Assembly (NCBI GenBank): GCA_012295275.1
Contig: CM022671.1
Span: 744,001-808,000 of the forward strand
Direction: 5' to 3'
Source: Chrysomallon squamiferum
Lineage: Eukaryota; Animalia; Mollusca
DNA length: 64,000 bases
Position numbers and translations under genes: made by a program. The notes beneath the pieces are model-generated. The model saw nothing but the letters and a program-made list of their open reading frames with translations. It was not told the origin of the DNA and did no database searches. Numbering within the stretch: the stretch's first letter is position 1; the number at the start of each line of letters is the position of its first letter. Below, one piece after another: positions 11,486-25,984 of this stretch.

Positions 11486-12406
11486 TCATCGTAAATGTTT
11501 TCATTTGACCTTCATTTGATTTATATCCTTTAAGACAAGCTATACATAAACCTGTGTCCATCTTATTTTTAAATGACTTATCACGTAAAACGCTTTTTCA
11601 AAATGTTAACGCAAGTCTGGCTGAATAAGAGATCACGTGCATTAGATGCCATTGAAAATTTATTTATTTTTTTTTATTATTATTATTTTTTTTTTTTTTT
11701 TTTTTTTTGTTCGTCATTTTTATTTCATCACAAAACATAAACAGATTCCAAATAATAATTATGTAATGTCATGTTTTTCGAATAATCTAAGTGTCTGGAA
11801 AAACTGTTATATGTCAATTCACATCTTTAATGGTTTTCTTCGATTTTCACTTATGAAATAGAAGAAGAAAAAAATGTTAAAACATATTTAAAATCTAATT
11901 TTTGCCTCCTGTACTTAATACATTTCTAGTAAACTGGGTGCACCTTGTTTGTGTTTTATGTTTCTCTTACAAGGTACGTAACTGATAGAAAGTAAAAACA
12001 GATCTTCTTGAAACTGCTTCAGGAGTCTTCTGCATGTCAAACCCTTGGTTTTATTGGTTTAGTGAAAGTGAACATTAGTATAATTTACGACCTCTGTTAC
12101 AAAACGTTTGTGTGATTACGCTGAGACGTACGTACGTACAAAGAAATAAATCTGCACACATTTATAAGTCGTTACACATTCTGTGTTCAGTAGTTTCCTC
12201 CACCTGTTTCATCTGCTAGAAATATGTTTGCAAGAAAACAGATTCTTTGTTCTGTTGCGTGATATAGTTTTTCAATAAATATTTAAATTATTTCAAATTT
12301 CACGATGTATTCAAAAGAAAACATTAGTCCGTTTGTTAAGTCTTTACAACCATTTAGAATTCAACATGACTGTTTTGTCATTGGTGAATAAAGGAATATT
12401 TAAATA

Positions 12407-12895
12407 CAGTGGTACAGAGCTCATAATTCAAAATTGGTCGTATATGAAATCATTTTTCTCAAGAAATTAACTGAAATACCATTAATCCGTTCCTTTCCCC
12501 CAAAAGCCACCCCAATTATTTTTAAAGTGGTTTTTAAATAAGAAAAATGTATGTATAAATGACAAATATTGCATAAAAACAAAATAAAAGAGAATGTAAA
12601 GAAATAAATTGGTTTTGTAAAGTGTACATGGTTAGGGTTTCTCCATCTCTTCCTGGACAGAGCACAACACAACAGAGATGCTTTCACGGCGAGGTAACCA
12701 CGTGAAACAAACGAGTGAGACGCGGAATGCTGGGCGGATGTTGTGTTGTTCGTTGCGCCAACTAGCGGCGGCGTATCTGAATCTAGCTCGTAACTAGGAT
12801 TTTGACTCGCAACTCAAAGCAAAAACCCACCAGGCCGGCTTCTTGTAACTCGGAAAACTGATAAGTCGGAACACTCGTAAATCGAGATACCACTG
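12407..12895. mobile_element. Non-autonomous Tigger/pogo-like (Tc1/mariner superfamily) DNA element, about 490 bp
   Basis: TA|CAGTGGTAC at 12405-12415 and ATACCACTG|TA at 12887-12897 form terminal inverted repeats with a TA target duplication. The right end CTCGTAAATCGAGATACCACTG and the subterminal ATTAATCCGTTCC resemble Tigger-type ends. CpG content is much higher than in the flanks; no transposase ORF. Confidence 0.72.
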
Positions 12896-13470
12896 TATAA
12901 ATAATTTACATTTGTATCTTGCCTTGCTTGGCTCTGACGCCAACGTTGTCTATTTTTACGTAATAAAATCTTTTGATTCATCGATTTATAGTACAATAGG
13001 TTAAAAAAATATAAATTATCCAGTTTCACAACTGCAGACAATTAATTTCAAACTGAATTAAATCGATGAAAACAAAGCTCTCTATGAACAAATGTCCATC
13101 ACTAATCCCAACCGATGTTTGTTCCATTTTGGAGTTTTCTCTTAATTTAAAACCAGCTGACAAAATGGATCTTTATTTTCCCCTAACCTGGACCATATAA
13201 TTCTCGATTTTTTTTTTATTTGTTAATTTGTTTCTTTGTTTGTTTTAAGCAGAATATTCACTTTGCTTTACAGTCTCTAACTTAATTACAATTTGAGAAG
13301 CAAACTGCTAATTAATCAATCAAATGAATTTCGAATCTTATTACAGTGTACACTACAAATATTCAGTATGAAATAATGTAAGCGAATTAAGCCTGAAATT
13401 AATTTACTGGGAAGTGATGTATAATGTATAATGTTTTTAAATAAGTCACACATTTCTTATACAATGTGGA

Positions 13471-13473
<3 letters not shown>

Positions 13474-13545
<72 letters not shown>
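13474..13545. repeat. (GA)n microsatellite
   Basis: Perfect GA run of about 36 units. Confidence 0.97.
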
Positions 13546-13551
<6 letters not shown>

Positions 13552-14608
13552 AACATTCCACAACTACATAACAGTTAAAATCAAATTACCTGCATTATGC
13601 ATTTCCAATGAACTTTTTTTTTTCAATTTTTTCAATTTTTTTTTTTTTTTTTTTAACTTTTTTTTTTTGCTAATTTTTAAACATTTAATTTTATTTTAAT
13701 TATCTATCTACCTGTCAGCTTTGTTTGTTTGTATGTTTTTGTTTTTTTGTTTGTTTTTATTTATTTTTAGATTATTAAATTACTCATATATATGTTCTTA
13801 ACAGGCTGGATTAAATAGTTTAAAAAACAACAACAACACAATTTTAGAATTAAAATAATATTTAATTAAACGTTTCCAGTTGTAAATACATGTCTTTTTA
13901 TTTTTGTTTTTTTTATTTTTTTTTTTTCTTAAGGATTTGCCTATGCTATTTGTATCACGTTTTGTGCTCGTGTTTCATAGTAACAATTATAAATACATTC
14001 TTACAATCTCTCTCCTTTCCATCGATTGTTCACTACATTCAGTCCTTGCAACAGTTGTGTAACGATTGCAATGAACATTAAAATCAGTGGGGAAAAAAAA
14101 GAAAAAGAGTAAAAGCAAGGTTATATGTAATATACGAGAACGAAAATGTTAGGTACACTTTAAAAAATGTGTAAACATATCTGTTAGTGTGTTTGAAATA
14201 AATAAAGTAATAACCATTTTAAAATATTATTCTTTTTACAGAATTAATACTATTTACCGTTTTACAAATGTATTTATTTATTTGTTCTTATGATGATGAT
14301 TATTATTTTATGATGATGATTATTATTATTATTTTACCAGTATCGAAATAAAATAAAATATTGTAGTTTCTTGTATTGTTTATTATTTTATTTTATTTAT
14401 TTCCTGCACGTTATTATTAACATTCATTTTAATGTAATAGCTGAATTATGCGTTGTCATCAGAATTTGTCTCATGTGAGAAGCTGTTACTCCAGAGAAAT
14501 ATTCGCGAAATCTGAAATACAATAAAGAAATAATATTCATTAGCCACACTAGTAAAAATTAAATGATAAATTAATATGTACACACATTCATAAACACACA
14601 GACATATA

Positions 14609-14610
<2 letters not shown>

Positions 14611-14645
<35 letters not shown>
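14611..14645. repeat. (GT)n microsatellite
   Basis: Direct reading of the sequence. Confidence 0.95.
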
Positions 14646-14648
<3 letters not shown>

Positions 14649-14829
14649 AGTATCATTATGCGTTTCTTGTTTAAAATAAATAAATAAATAATTGATGGTT
14701 TCTCTTAATTTTTTCGCCATGTTGTAACACCAGTTGGTTCCAGAATGTAATTTATAACAAACTGAAGTGTTTGTAAATTACGATGTTAACTCTGAGGAAG
14801 ATTGTTACAGTTTTTAAAGAATCGCAAAT

Positions 14830-15417
14830 TGTATATTCCCGCCGCTTGGACTTGTTAGAAAATATTTTTAAAAATCACGTGTTTTCACAGAGAAAAGCCG
14901 AGCGAACCACTCATTTAAAAAGAAATATCAGACTATTGTACACTAATTTTTAAACGTTACAGTACACTGAATTATCAAAACTATTATTTTAACTATTTAT
15001 AGATTAATAATACAGTAGATAAATAAACAAACCGAAAGTTCTTTTGTTATCGGCAGCAGCTGGCTAAATTACACGCGGTACGTGAAATTTCGCTGATTCA
15101 AACAATAAACATTAGTGCGAACAATTTTTTAAATTAATACTTCTGAACTAATCGCGGCTATGTGAAGGTTCTAGAAAACATCCACGTCATGGTACGTGCA
15201 TAGTAGAAGAGTGGGGGAAAAAAGCAAAGAAAAAAAGCAGTGAAAACGTCGGAAAAGACCGAAGTGTGTGATGTTATTAAACTATCGATTTTGAAAAGCC
15301 AGACTGAGCGAGCTACACGCGGCGACAACGCGTTTCGTTGCACTACTAAACGTGTCCCAGTCACGGCGCGTGCACAAGGAAACAACATATGTATTGGCGA
15401 CAGTCCGGACGCGAAAA
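14830..15417 (+). promoter_or_regulatory. CpG-enriched promoter and 5'UTR of TBC1D30 (long isoform)
   Basis: Marked CpG excess immediately upstream of the ATG at 15418, compared with the CpG-depleted gene body. Confidence 0.55.
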
Positions 15418-15814
15418 ATGGACGGGACTGTTGACACAAGAACAGCCTCTCGCTCCGACTCCGACGATGAAATATTCCACCCCGGATGCACCTACATCCC
15501 CAGATGGTGCGACATGGATTCCGAAATGCGCTTCACCAGTTGTGGGAGCCTGTCGTCTGACGGTGGGGACGGGGAAGTGGGAGTGGACGGCAAGCAGGGC
15601 TGTGGTCTTAAACGTCAGCATTCGATTGTGGACGGACTACTGTTTGAAATATACGACCGCTGGCACGGCAGTCTCAGAGACAGCTTCGACAGCGACACTT
15701 TGACGGAGTGTTCCAGTACCTCTGAAGTTTTCTACAGACACTCGTTTGGATCGTCCGGTACGAGAGGGCATTCCATTTCAAGACAGTTTCAAAGATCGTT
15801 TTTAGAAAATCAAA
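15418..15814 (+). CDS. TBC1D30: TBC1D30 coding exon 1 (long isoform)
   Basis: aaaATGg start; SIVDGLLFEIY...RDSFDSDTLTECSSTSE...; donor gtaagt, phase 1. Confidence 0.88.
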
Positions 15815-16158
15815 GTAAGTTAGAAGTCCTGTTTCTTCACTTCATCTAATATTTTTATATTTAATGTTTCACAAATAACCTTTTTTTTTTTCTGTTAAAT
15901 GTAGATTAATATTATTACATACTATTGTGTTTTGATCCATTTGAGAATTATTTCATGATTCATCATTTGCTTACTTAGTTAAGATACCTATAGAGTTTCT
16001 CAGAGAGAGAGAGAGAGAGAGAGAGAAATTTTTACATGTTTTTATTGCAACTTCTATGCAATTCAGAACATACATTTCTAATTGTTTAATTTAAAAATTT
16101 TAGATATTGAATGTTAAAAGTTTAACCATGTATTTTTAAACCAAAAAAAATATAAAAT

Positions 16159-16191
<33 letters not shown>

Positions 16192-17421
16192 TAAAATAAA
16201 TAAATAATTTTAAAAAAATAATAAAATAAAATAATAATAATAATAAAATAAAATAAAATTTAATGATTTTTATACACCATAACACAAGACAGAAAAAAAA
16301 ATAAAATAAATAAATAAACATTATTATTCATGATTTCCTTTATAACTGTGACAAAAACAACAAACAAACAACTGCCACTACAGTGTCAACTCCCACAACA
16401 TCACCCACTGTTTGTTTTTCATACAGCACAGAACATTCCTATGTTTCATAAATCTAAAAATACCCCCAACCACCCCCAGAAACCACATAACAAAATCATC
16501 ATCTCCTTTCATAACCCAGACAAAAAGAAATCATTTCTAGACCTCAAGTTAGGAACAAAAATGTGCATGATTTTCTGTTTCTATTTCTGGTCATGTTTTT
16601 GTTAAGTGAAATATTCTGATGATATTTTTATATTACATCAATTATTTGTACCTCATGGTTACCTTACTCTGTTTTGTAATAAAAAATATTTAGAATAACT
16701 GTAATATTCAGTGTTTGTTTTAGTTGAGTCATAAAAACCCTCAGTATTATTCAGTGTCTTTAGGTTGTAAGTATTTAAAAATGATTGATTTATTTTTAAT
16801 TAACTAATCACATCTAATTTAAAAAATAAAATTTAAATTAATATTATTATTATTATTATTTTTATTTTATTATTATTATTTTATATATATATATATATAT
16901 ACATTTCTTTGATGAAGATGAATATTATATTAATATTTACACATTTTAATATTTCTTAAGTCCAATTAAAGTCCACTTATATTCTGACAGCCATAATAAT
17001 TTACAAGAGTCTTTAAAATGTTTAAATGTCAAATCTTTAAAAAAAAAAAAAAAAAAATAAAAACAATTATTGAAAATTAAAAAATATATAAATATTACAG
17101 TTTAATTTTAAAAAATCAAAAATCAAAGTTTTATTATTATTTTAAATTAGCAAGTACAAATTTCACCTTTATTCTATTATTTATTGTATAAATAAAAATA
17201 ATTGTTTTAAATCTGTTACACTTTTTTGTTTTTAAATCAATAAATCATTTATTTAAGCATAAAAAAATAATCTATATTTTTTATATTTGTTGTATATATT
17301 ATGTTTCTCAACTTCCTTGACATTTTGATTCAAAACAAAAAATACATTATTCTATTACAAAAGAAAATATGTTTGCATCTAATTGATTGTTTTACTTCAG
17401 TATTGTTTTGTTTTTTCTTTT

Positions 17422-17475
<54 letters not shown>

Positions 17476-17783
17476 TAGTGTAAGCTGAAGCAGTAAGGTT
17501 TAGTGCTAACTTCAGGTTTAATAGATCAATTCTTCCCAGAGCTACCTTTGTGTTCTTTCACACTCCAGCTCATGTTGTTTGCTTTCTCAGAGGCTCAGTA
17601 GTGTACTCTGCTTCTCTGGGAAGGTGACATATAAAAGATTCATTACTGCTAATCAGTAAAAGAGATACTCATTATTAGGTTTCTGGTCCCTTAATGCACT
17701 CTCTCTACAATGCCATATAATTAATTAAAAATATGTTTGTGACCACAAGAAACATTCCTTTCTTGCTTATTTTTGCTGCTCCA

Positions 17784-17841
<58 letters not shown>

Positions 17842-20630
17842 ATGTGTTTGTGTGTGTGTGTGTATGCTTGTGTGTGTGCATATGCATGTGTGCGTACATG
17901 TGTTGTGTGCGTGCATGTGTGTATGTGTGCATGTGTGTGCATGTGTTCATGTGTGTGCGTGTGTGTGTGTGCATGTGTTCATGTGGGTGTGGGTGATTAC
18001 ATGGTTCTTAACTGGGTGATGCCATCAGTTGTTAAGAAGTTTGTTAATGAGATAATTAAATTGGAATTAAAAAAGTAGGAAAACTTTATTACAGAAAATA
18101 AAAAAATAGTAATAATAAAAATGAAATATATATGAAAAAATAATAATACTGAAAAAAAACATCAGTCAAAATTGCAATAAAATACAAATACAAAATCAAA
18201 TGTGTTCACAAAAATAATAATAATGATGATAATAAAATACAAAATAGAAACTTTTTGTTAATTATTATTATTATTATTTTACAAAGGTACAGTTAAAGGG
18301 TTTTTAATGACATCTCAGAACATTACTATCTGTTGATGATACTTTCCCTATTCACATAAAAGTGATAACTTGAATAGTGCTCAGATATATTCCATAGACC
18401 ACCAACAGACTGAAAAACATTAACAATAAACTTTTTTAAACCAAGTCAGTGGGAAATAATAATCATGTGATGTATCATGTCACTAATTACTGGGATGTGC
18501 TTTATGTTAATAATTCTTAATAAATTAGTTTAATTAAAATTGGAATGAGAAATAGTTGTATAAGTATACCTGAAAGAATTGATCCTGAGACTCTCAGATC
18601 AGTACAGTTATTATTTAGCTTCAGATTACGGCACAAACTACATTAATGACTGTAGTTGGAATAGGAAATGGTTCAAAGGGTGTATTGGGAAAGATTGTAA
18701 TCCTCAGAATGTTAATCTACATCTTACTTACTCCATGAACTAAATTAACAACCTTAGATTAACCGGTTAGAATCTTTAGTTGGAATGGGAAATAAGCTCA
18801 AAGCGTGTATTGAAAAGGATTGACATTGTGATCTGAAGATCACCACTCTGACCACACAGCACCAAACACTGCATTAATTACCTGATATCAACCAGTTAGT
18901 GTCTCATGTTGGAAAAACCCTTGAAAATGTCTTCATCTTGGTTGTTAAAACATCAACCACAAAAACAACAACAATAAAAATGCTATAAATGCATACCACA
19001 TATCTTGTTAATGTCATATTTTATTATTTTTTATATTTTTATTATATCAATTTCCATAGCAACAGCTGTCTCTGTGTTTTTTAATTTTTTATATACCTTT
19101 TTTTATTTTTTTTATTTAAACATATAGATACGTATTTTTGAACTGTGTATATAATTGCTTGGTAGGACAAAATATATGTAACCATAAAAACACATAAGCT
19201 TTGCTACGAAGCTTTTTATTTATTTATTTATTGTTGTTGTTGTTGTTAAAAGAATAAAATGGAAGAAGAAGCATAACAAGTTTATGCAGTAATGATGGTA
19301 TTGATGGTAGTTGAGTGATGGTGGGAGTAGTAGTGGTGGTAGCTCTGATGATACACATTGTAGTAGTAAAGAATTAGTACTGTGCAAATAGCAATAGGTG
19401 ACGAGGCAGTGGTAGCTGTTGTAGTATTAACAGCAGTGGAGTAGCAGGAAGAGCAGATCAGTAGGAGTAGCAACAGCAGGAATAGTAGTAGTCCCAGTAG
19501 CAGTAACTATTTTTAATTTAATTATTACATAGCAGTAGTAGTAGTAATATTAACAGTAGCAGCAAAACCTTCATTAGAATAAATAAATATTGACCATATG
19601 TTAACAATGAAGTACTGAAATAATGATAATAAAAATAACAGCCACATTAGTATTACTAACAGCTATATGTGAATTGTTTTTTTTCAAAAGGATCTGCTAT
19701 TTAAGAAGCAGTACATAATTAGTATGTACTTTTGGTATGAGTTTCTTGTTTATATTGTATTTTCAAGTTTGTCCATGTTTACTCTGCTATTTTACTAAGT
19801 CTCTGGTCAGATTCATATTTTTCTTCTTTTTTTCCCCCTGAATATTTATCTGCTTACACCATCCACTGAATTCCTCAGTTCAAGATGTACTGTTCTAGAG
19901 CATCCCGTTTATAACAATATTACACCTGATTCAGGCACAGGGAACATGTTAAATGTGATGTGTCAGGTCTGGGGTTTCTCTCTTTTCACTTATTTTCAGT
20001 TTCTGGGCACATCAGTCTCCCACTGTGTGAAAGAGGTGAAAATGTGTGGGTAGTGGATGTGAAGTTCTGTGTACTGATTGATTGCAGGTTGCAACATGTG
20101 TGAAGCTGAGAGATCTGACTCAGCCATATTTTATTTACAAATCCAGTGCAAACAGGCAACAACACAATGTGAAGATGTTTTTGTGAACTGTTATTTTAAA
20201 TTAACGCTGTAGTTTATTTTTGCAGTTATGAAGTAACAGATATTGACCTTTAACCCACATTTCACAGAAATATGACATTTAAAAACTTTATCAGCATATT
20301 TATATATATATATGTCATTATTTTTATTATTATAATTATGATAATAATAATTATTATTGTTGTTGTTGTTGTTGTTGTTACTAGTGATGTTGCTATGTTT
20401 ATTTTACTCTTCTTCCTACTAAAACTTTTATTATTATTGGTGTTACTGCTGCTACTATAATTATCATTCTTAGTATTATTTGATTTATAGCACATCTATG
20501 CTGATATGTATTAAAATAAATTAATTAATTAAACAAATAATAATAAGTAAACATATAAACATAAACAAAATAAAAATAAAATAAAAATAATAAAAATAAT
20601 AATAATAAGTAAACATATAAACAAAATAAA

Positions 20631-20661
<31 letters not shown>

Positions 20662-22222
20662 TAATAAAAATAATAATAATAATAATGAATGAATGAATGA
20701 ATAAAAATATCAAACAATAAAGAAATATTAGTTATTTGGGAATATTTTGAAATTTGATTATTCAGTTTCATAGATTTTTGTAAATTCATTGGATTTTTGT
20801 TTATAATGAAAAGTAAATCTTTGTGTTACCAGTGCATAGTTTAAAAATGAATGCAGACATTTTTGGTAATGAAAATATCTTTTCTTGGTATAACCTCGAC
20901 ATATAATTAATAAACTTGCACTTCTGCTAGTTCTGTTTACTAATTCCTTGTCAACTAAATGCCTACCACTTGGCAAACAGCGTAGTTGAATGTTAAATTG
21001 CTTTAACTGGACAAACTAATGTTTTATAATAAAATATGTTTAGGTATGGTTATAATAATAATAAGTAGAACAACAACAACAACAATAACAACAACTATAA
21101 CAATAACAATAATGATCGCAATAGGAAATTTAATGTTTTGTCAATTTTATATTACTCATCCCATATTCCATTCAAAATAATCTATGTCATCCTAACTAAA
21201 GAATATAAGATTAACATAAAACTGTGTTATTATAGTAAATATTTTAATAGTGGACTCTGAGTATGCAATATGTGCTTTTATCCTGTCATCGGACAGATAT
21301 TGGATACCAGGAACGACATATGGTGTGATGTTTGAACATTCTGGAAAAGGTCAAATATAAATGGATTCAGTGCTTGGTGGAAACCTGTCTCCTGGTTGGA
21401 GATGCTGGAGATAATGTTAGCATTTAGCAGAATATTGTTATAAACTGTTACATAATTAGATGATGCATTCATTCAGCAGCAAGGTCAGGAAAATTGTGTC
21501 TGGGTTTTGTGGGGGAAAACTGTGAGTGGAGAAATGGTGTTGTAGGAATTCTTTGATGGGTTTACAAAAGCAAATTATTATTTGCCTCTTTAATAAATTA
21601 TTTTGTGTCTCCAGTAAAGCATTTTAGTTAACTGATGCAAATATTATTAACACTACCTGTACTGCAAGTCATACACAAAAACAAGTATGCACGCTTATAA
21701 AAACTCATACATTAATGTTAAAACACAGACACACACACCCACAGACAGAGAGATACAAATGTGGGCATACATAAAATCTCACAAAGGCACACAAATTTAT
21801 ACATATATACACATACATATATACATACATCTATGCTTGCATGGATACATACACACACACATATATACATACATACATATGTACACATATATAAAGAGAT
21901 ACAAAAGTATATATAAATGACTGTGTGCAGAAGAAAAACGTGTGAGTGTATTTTGCAGGTTTGTTATTAAGAACTGATCTTGCTGTAATTGGTGTTGTTG
22001 ACGACTAATGTCAGTACAGCTGTTCACTTCACTCAACTTTTATCTGCAGCACAAAAATTGGGCGACCTTGGGCATAAAAACATTTCACTACAACAATGTG
22101 TTTTACTCTTGTATTCAGATACTAATATTTTAAGCACATTTTGTTAAATTATTTTCATCATCATCATTATTGGTAATACAAATAAGAAATGAAGAATTAC
22201 AATCTTTTTTTATTTATTTATC

Positions 22223-22253
<31 letters not shown>

Positions 22254-24082
22254 AATTGTTATTTACAATTTTTCAAATTTCTGTACATATGTAAATCAGG
22301 GAAGAGAGCAGTATTTTACAAAACAGTACAAAAACAAAATAAGTGCAGATAAATAAACTGGGGGAAATAACTTTGAACACAACCAATACAAAACAAGACA
22401 ATTTTGTCAGATGTTGAAATTTACCCCCAAAAAACTCTGATAAATATAACACAAAAATTACAAAATAGTACACAGATATGTCAACTGATGTAAGTAATAA
22501 AAATACTGGAATATTTGAAATGTGATGAGAAAAAATCCAGATGTTGGAAAGAACTAGTGTTAGATATTAATGGCTGTATTTTATTTATCATTATATATTT
22601 TCTGTAAAGGAAAATGTCACCCAGTAACCTCGTTTTCAGCATAACTGACATTAGCTGAGCTGAATGTAATGATTATTTGCAACAATTGTTCAGGACAGGG
22701 TTAACAGATGATGATATTAATACATGTAATCAAATCAGTGTTTATCTTATCTATCATTCATTAACATATATATATATATTGTGTGTGTGTGTGTGTGTTA
22801 TTTAATAAAAAAATCTTCTATTTTTTTTACTTTCATTTTAATTAAATATATAAACTGGTAATGAGAATATCAGTTTACATATATCTGCAGATTTTCACTT
22901 TGTTAAAACTCTACTAGAAGACAATATTTATTATTAAATTTAATTTATAATTTTAAAAATATATATTTGTTAACATATTTTTAAAATGTTTTAAATCGAA
23001 TATTTATATATATAGATACATACATACGTTTATATACATATATACTTGTGTGTTAATTATCTGATATATGTTATCATTCAATATATAAGTACTCTTCAGC
23101 ATAAAAACTGAATATAATTAAATTATATATGAAAATAATAATTACAGATATCTATAATGTTATGATTATAAAAAAGATATTAATAAAAAACAAATTTATA
23201 TAATAAAACATAACTACAGATATAATGTAAACTTATTAATACAGTTCAGTTTGAAAATATATATATTAAAAGAAAATTATGGGTTATAATGAAACTAAAT
23301 ACTTTTGAAAAAATTAAATTATTTTAAAATAAAGTAAAATACAAAAGGTATTATTTAGATTTCAAAATTATTAAAGAATTTATGTATTAGAATGACAAAA
23401 TGGAGGTAATAATAATAGCTAATATGTCTAAAGTTTGCTGTTTTGCTGAAGTTAAAAAACCAAAACCAATAATAAAAAAATATGAAATGTTAGAAATGTT
23501 ATTTAGATTAATGATCAGATTAATCCTCATGATTATACTCATTATCATTAATATATTATTAATTAAAATGTTGTTAGTTTCTTACACATTCAGAAAAAAA
23601 CATGATATATCACACATATCGTTTAACATGTTTTAAATATTTGTCTTAAGAAAAATACATTAGATACAAATAACAAATTATTATATTCTAATTAGTGCTG
23701 CATATGTCATACAGATAAATTAACTACGAGTAAAAAAATATATTTAAAAAAATAAAATAAAAACAAATTATACGGAACTTAAGTGCTGAATTAAAATTGG
23801 ACTACCAAATAACTTAATAAATTTAAAATAAAGAAATATGATATAATGTAGCTTAGTGATGATAAGTATATCTAACAAACTTAGTTTTAATTAACATGTT
23901 TTTATAGCTGGAGTTTTACAATAACTCTATGTTTAATGACCAGTTATTATCACAAATTTAAGCAAAAATATAAAATAAATACAAAAAAAAAAATACAGGA
24001 AATTTACATAATTAAAATACGAGATATTACAAAGTCAAATGCAGATACTAGCTTTTAATACTTACAGACACAACCTACCATG

Positions 24083-24124
<42 letters not shown>

Positions 24125-25937
24125 AATAAGAAGGAGATGTGTGTAAATGTACGTTTACTAGAATAATTGTGGAATAAAGAAATTGACTGAAATAAAATTT
24201 TGTAAGAATCACCAAGGTTTTAAAACATTTTAACAACAAAATAATTGTTAGTACATGAAGTTTACACATAACAGTAGTATATATTTTTACTGTAAATATG
24301 TTAAATTTACAGGCACAATCCAGCTTAATTTATTTATGTGGAATTTATGTGTTATTGAGGTCTAATTTATAATATATTTTATATTTTCAAGTCAGTTAGA
24401 AATAATAATAAAATTAATTGAAAAGAAAGAGAAAAAAAAGCATCTGAGAAAAGAAAAATAGTTGATTGTGTCTTGACTCTGAATTAAGAAAGAAAAAGAT
24501 TAATCACAGATGTTGTTTATTTATTAAATGTTTTAGAGTTAAATTGTCACCCAGGTAACAAAAGACATTGCACTGAATGTTTAGAAGTTAAAAGTGTGTT
24601 TAAATTGCAGGTGTTGTCCAGCTGAAGAAGATGGTCAGTGATTTACAGAGGAGCATCGGTCAGTCTTCTCACAGGCTTGTACGACAACTCAAACGTCGCG
24701 ACCGTCGCATCGCCAAGCTGCACCGCAACTGTGACGTTGTCACTGCAATACTGCAAGCATCATCTCTGAAACGAAGTAAGGTTTTTTTTCAATAAACTTT
24801 TAATATTTTTCATTCATTTGAAATCTTTTATAATGTCATGTTAAACTATTCTGTTTCAACGTCTGCTTCATTTCAGAAACTATTTGTTCAGCTGTTCACT
24901 GATTGTATTAGCATACAGACAAAAATACATAACTAAACATGAATTATACATACATATATTTGTCTAAATATATACCTAAACATGAAGTATACATACATAT
25001 ATTTGTCTAAATATATAAAGTATACATACGTATATTTGTCTAAATATGCACCTAAACATATAAAGTATACATACATATATTTGTCTAAATACATATCTAA
25101 ACATATAAAGTATACATACATATATATGCATACATGTACACACACATACATAGAAACAAACCTCACATGCAGACATATACACGTATGTATGTATATAGAA
25201 TACACATATGTATGTATATAGAATACACATATATGTATGTATATAGAATACAGATATAGATGTATATAGAATACACATGTATGTATATAGAATACACATA
25301 TGTATGTATACAGAATACACATATATGTATGTATATAGAATACACATATGTATGTATATAGAATACACATGTATGTATATAGAATACACATATGTATGTA
25401 TATAGAATACACATATATGTATGTATATAGAATACACACATATGCATGTATATAGAATACACATATTTAAAAACATAAATATACATAAGCAGAAACACAC
25501 ACATTCGCATTAATGCATTCATATTCATCAATAACGATTCCTTAGACAAATAAAACAACAATTATATCATTTAATAATTATATATATAAATAATAGTAAA
25601 TAAATAGTATTATCATATTAACATATTATTTGTGAACTGATATATAAAAAAAGAAAAAAACTAAATAACAAACAAATAAACAAAAACAACAATAACAACT
25701 AACTAATAAATATATAAAGTAATAAATAAGCAAATAAACTCATAAAAAAACTAAAGTAGTTTAATTATACGAGTGAAACATGGAGTACAGTGAGATGTTG
25801 ACAATGTGAGATCTGTGACGTATTAACGCAGGGAGTGGACATACTATCAATATCTGTATTGTAACATCAATATATCACCAGCTGTGTGAACTAAACATGT
25901 ATTTAGTAGAGCGTTGTTTAATGTCAGTGTGTGCGTG

Positions 25938-25984
<47 letters not shown>

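Noticed and set aside
15158-15621. Antisense ORFs over TBC1D30 exon 1, and similar ones at 565-831 and 60646-61790
   Set aside because: These are shadow ORFs of GC-richer coding sequence with no recognisable domains.
24083-24120. Long poly(A) run as a retrocopy tail
   Set aside because: There is no recognisable element body or target-site duplication, and homopolymers are frequent throughout the window.
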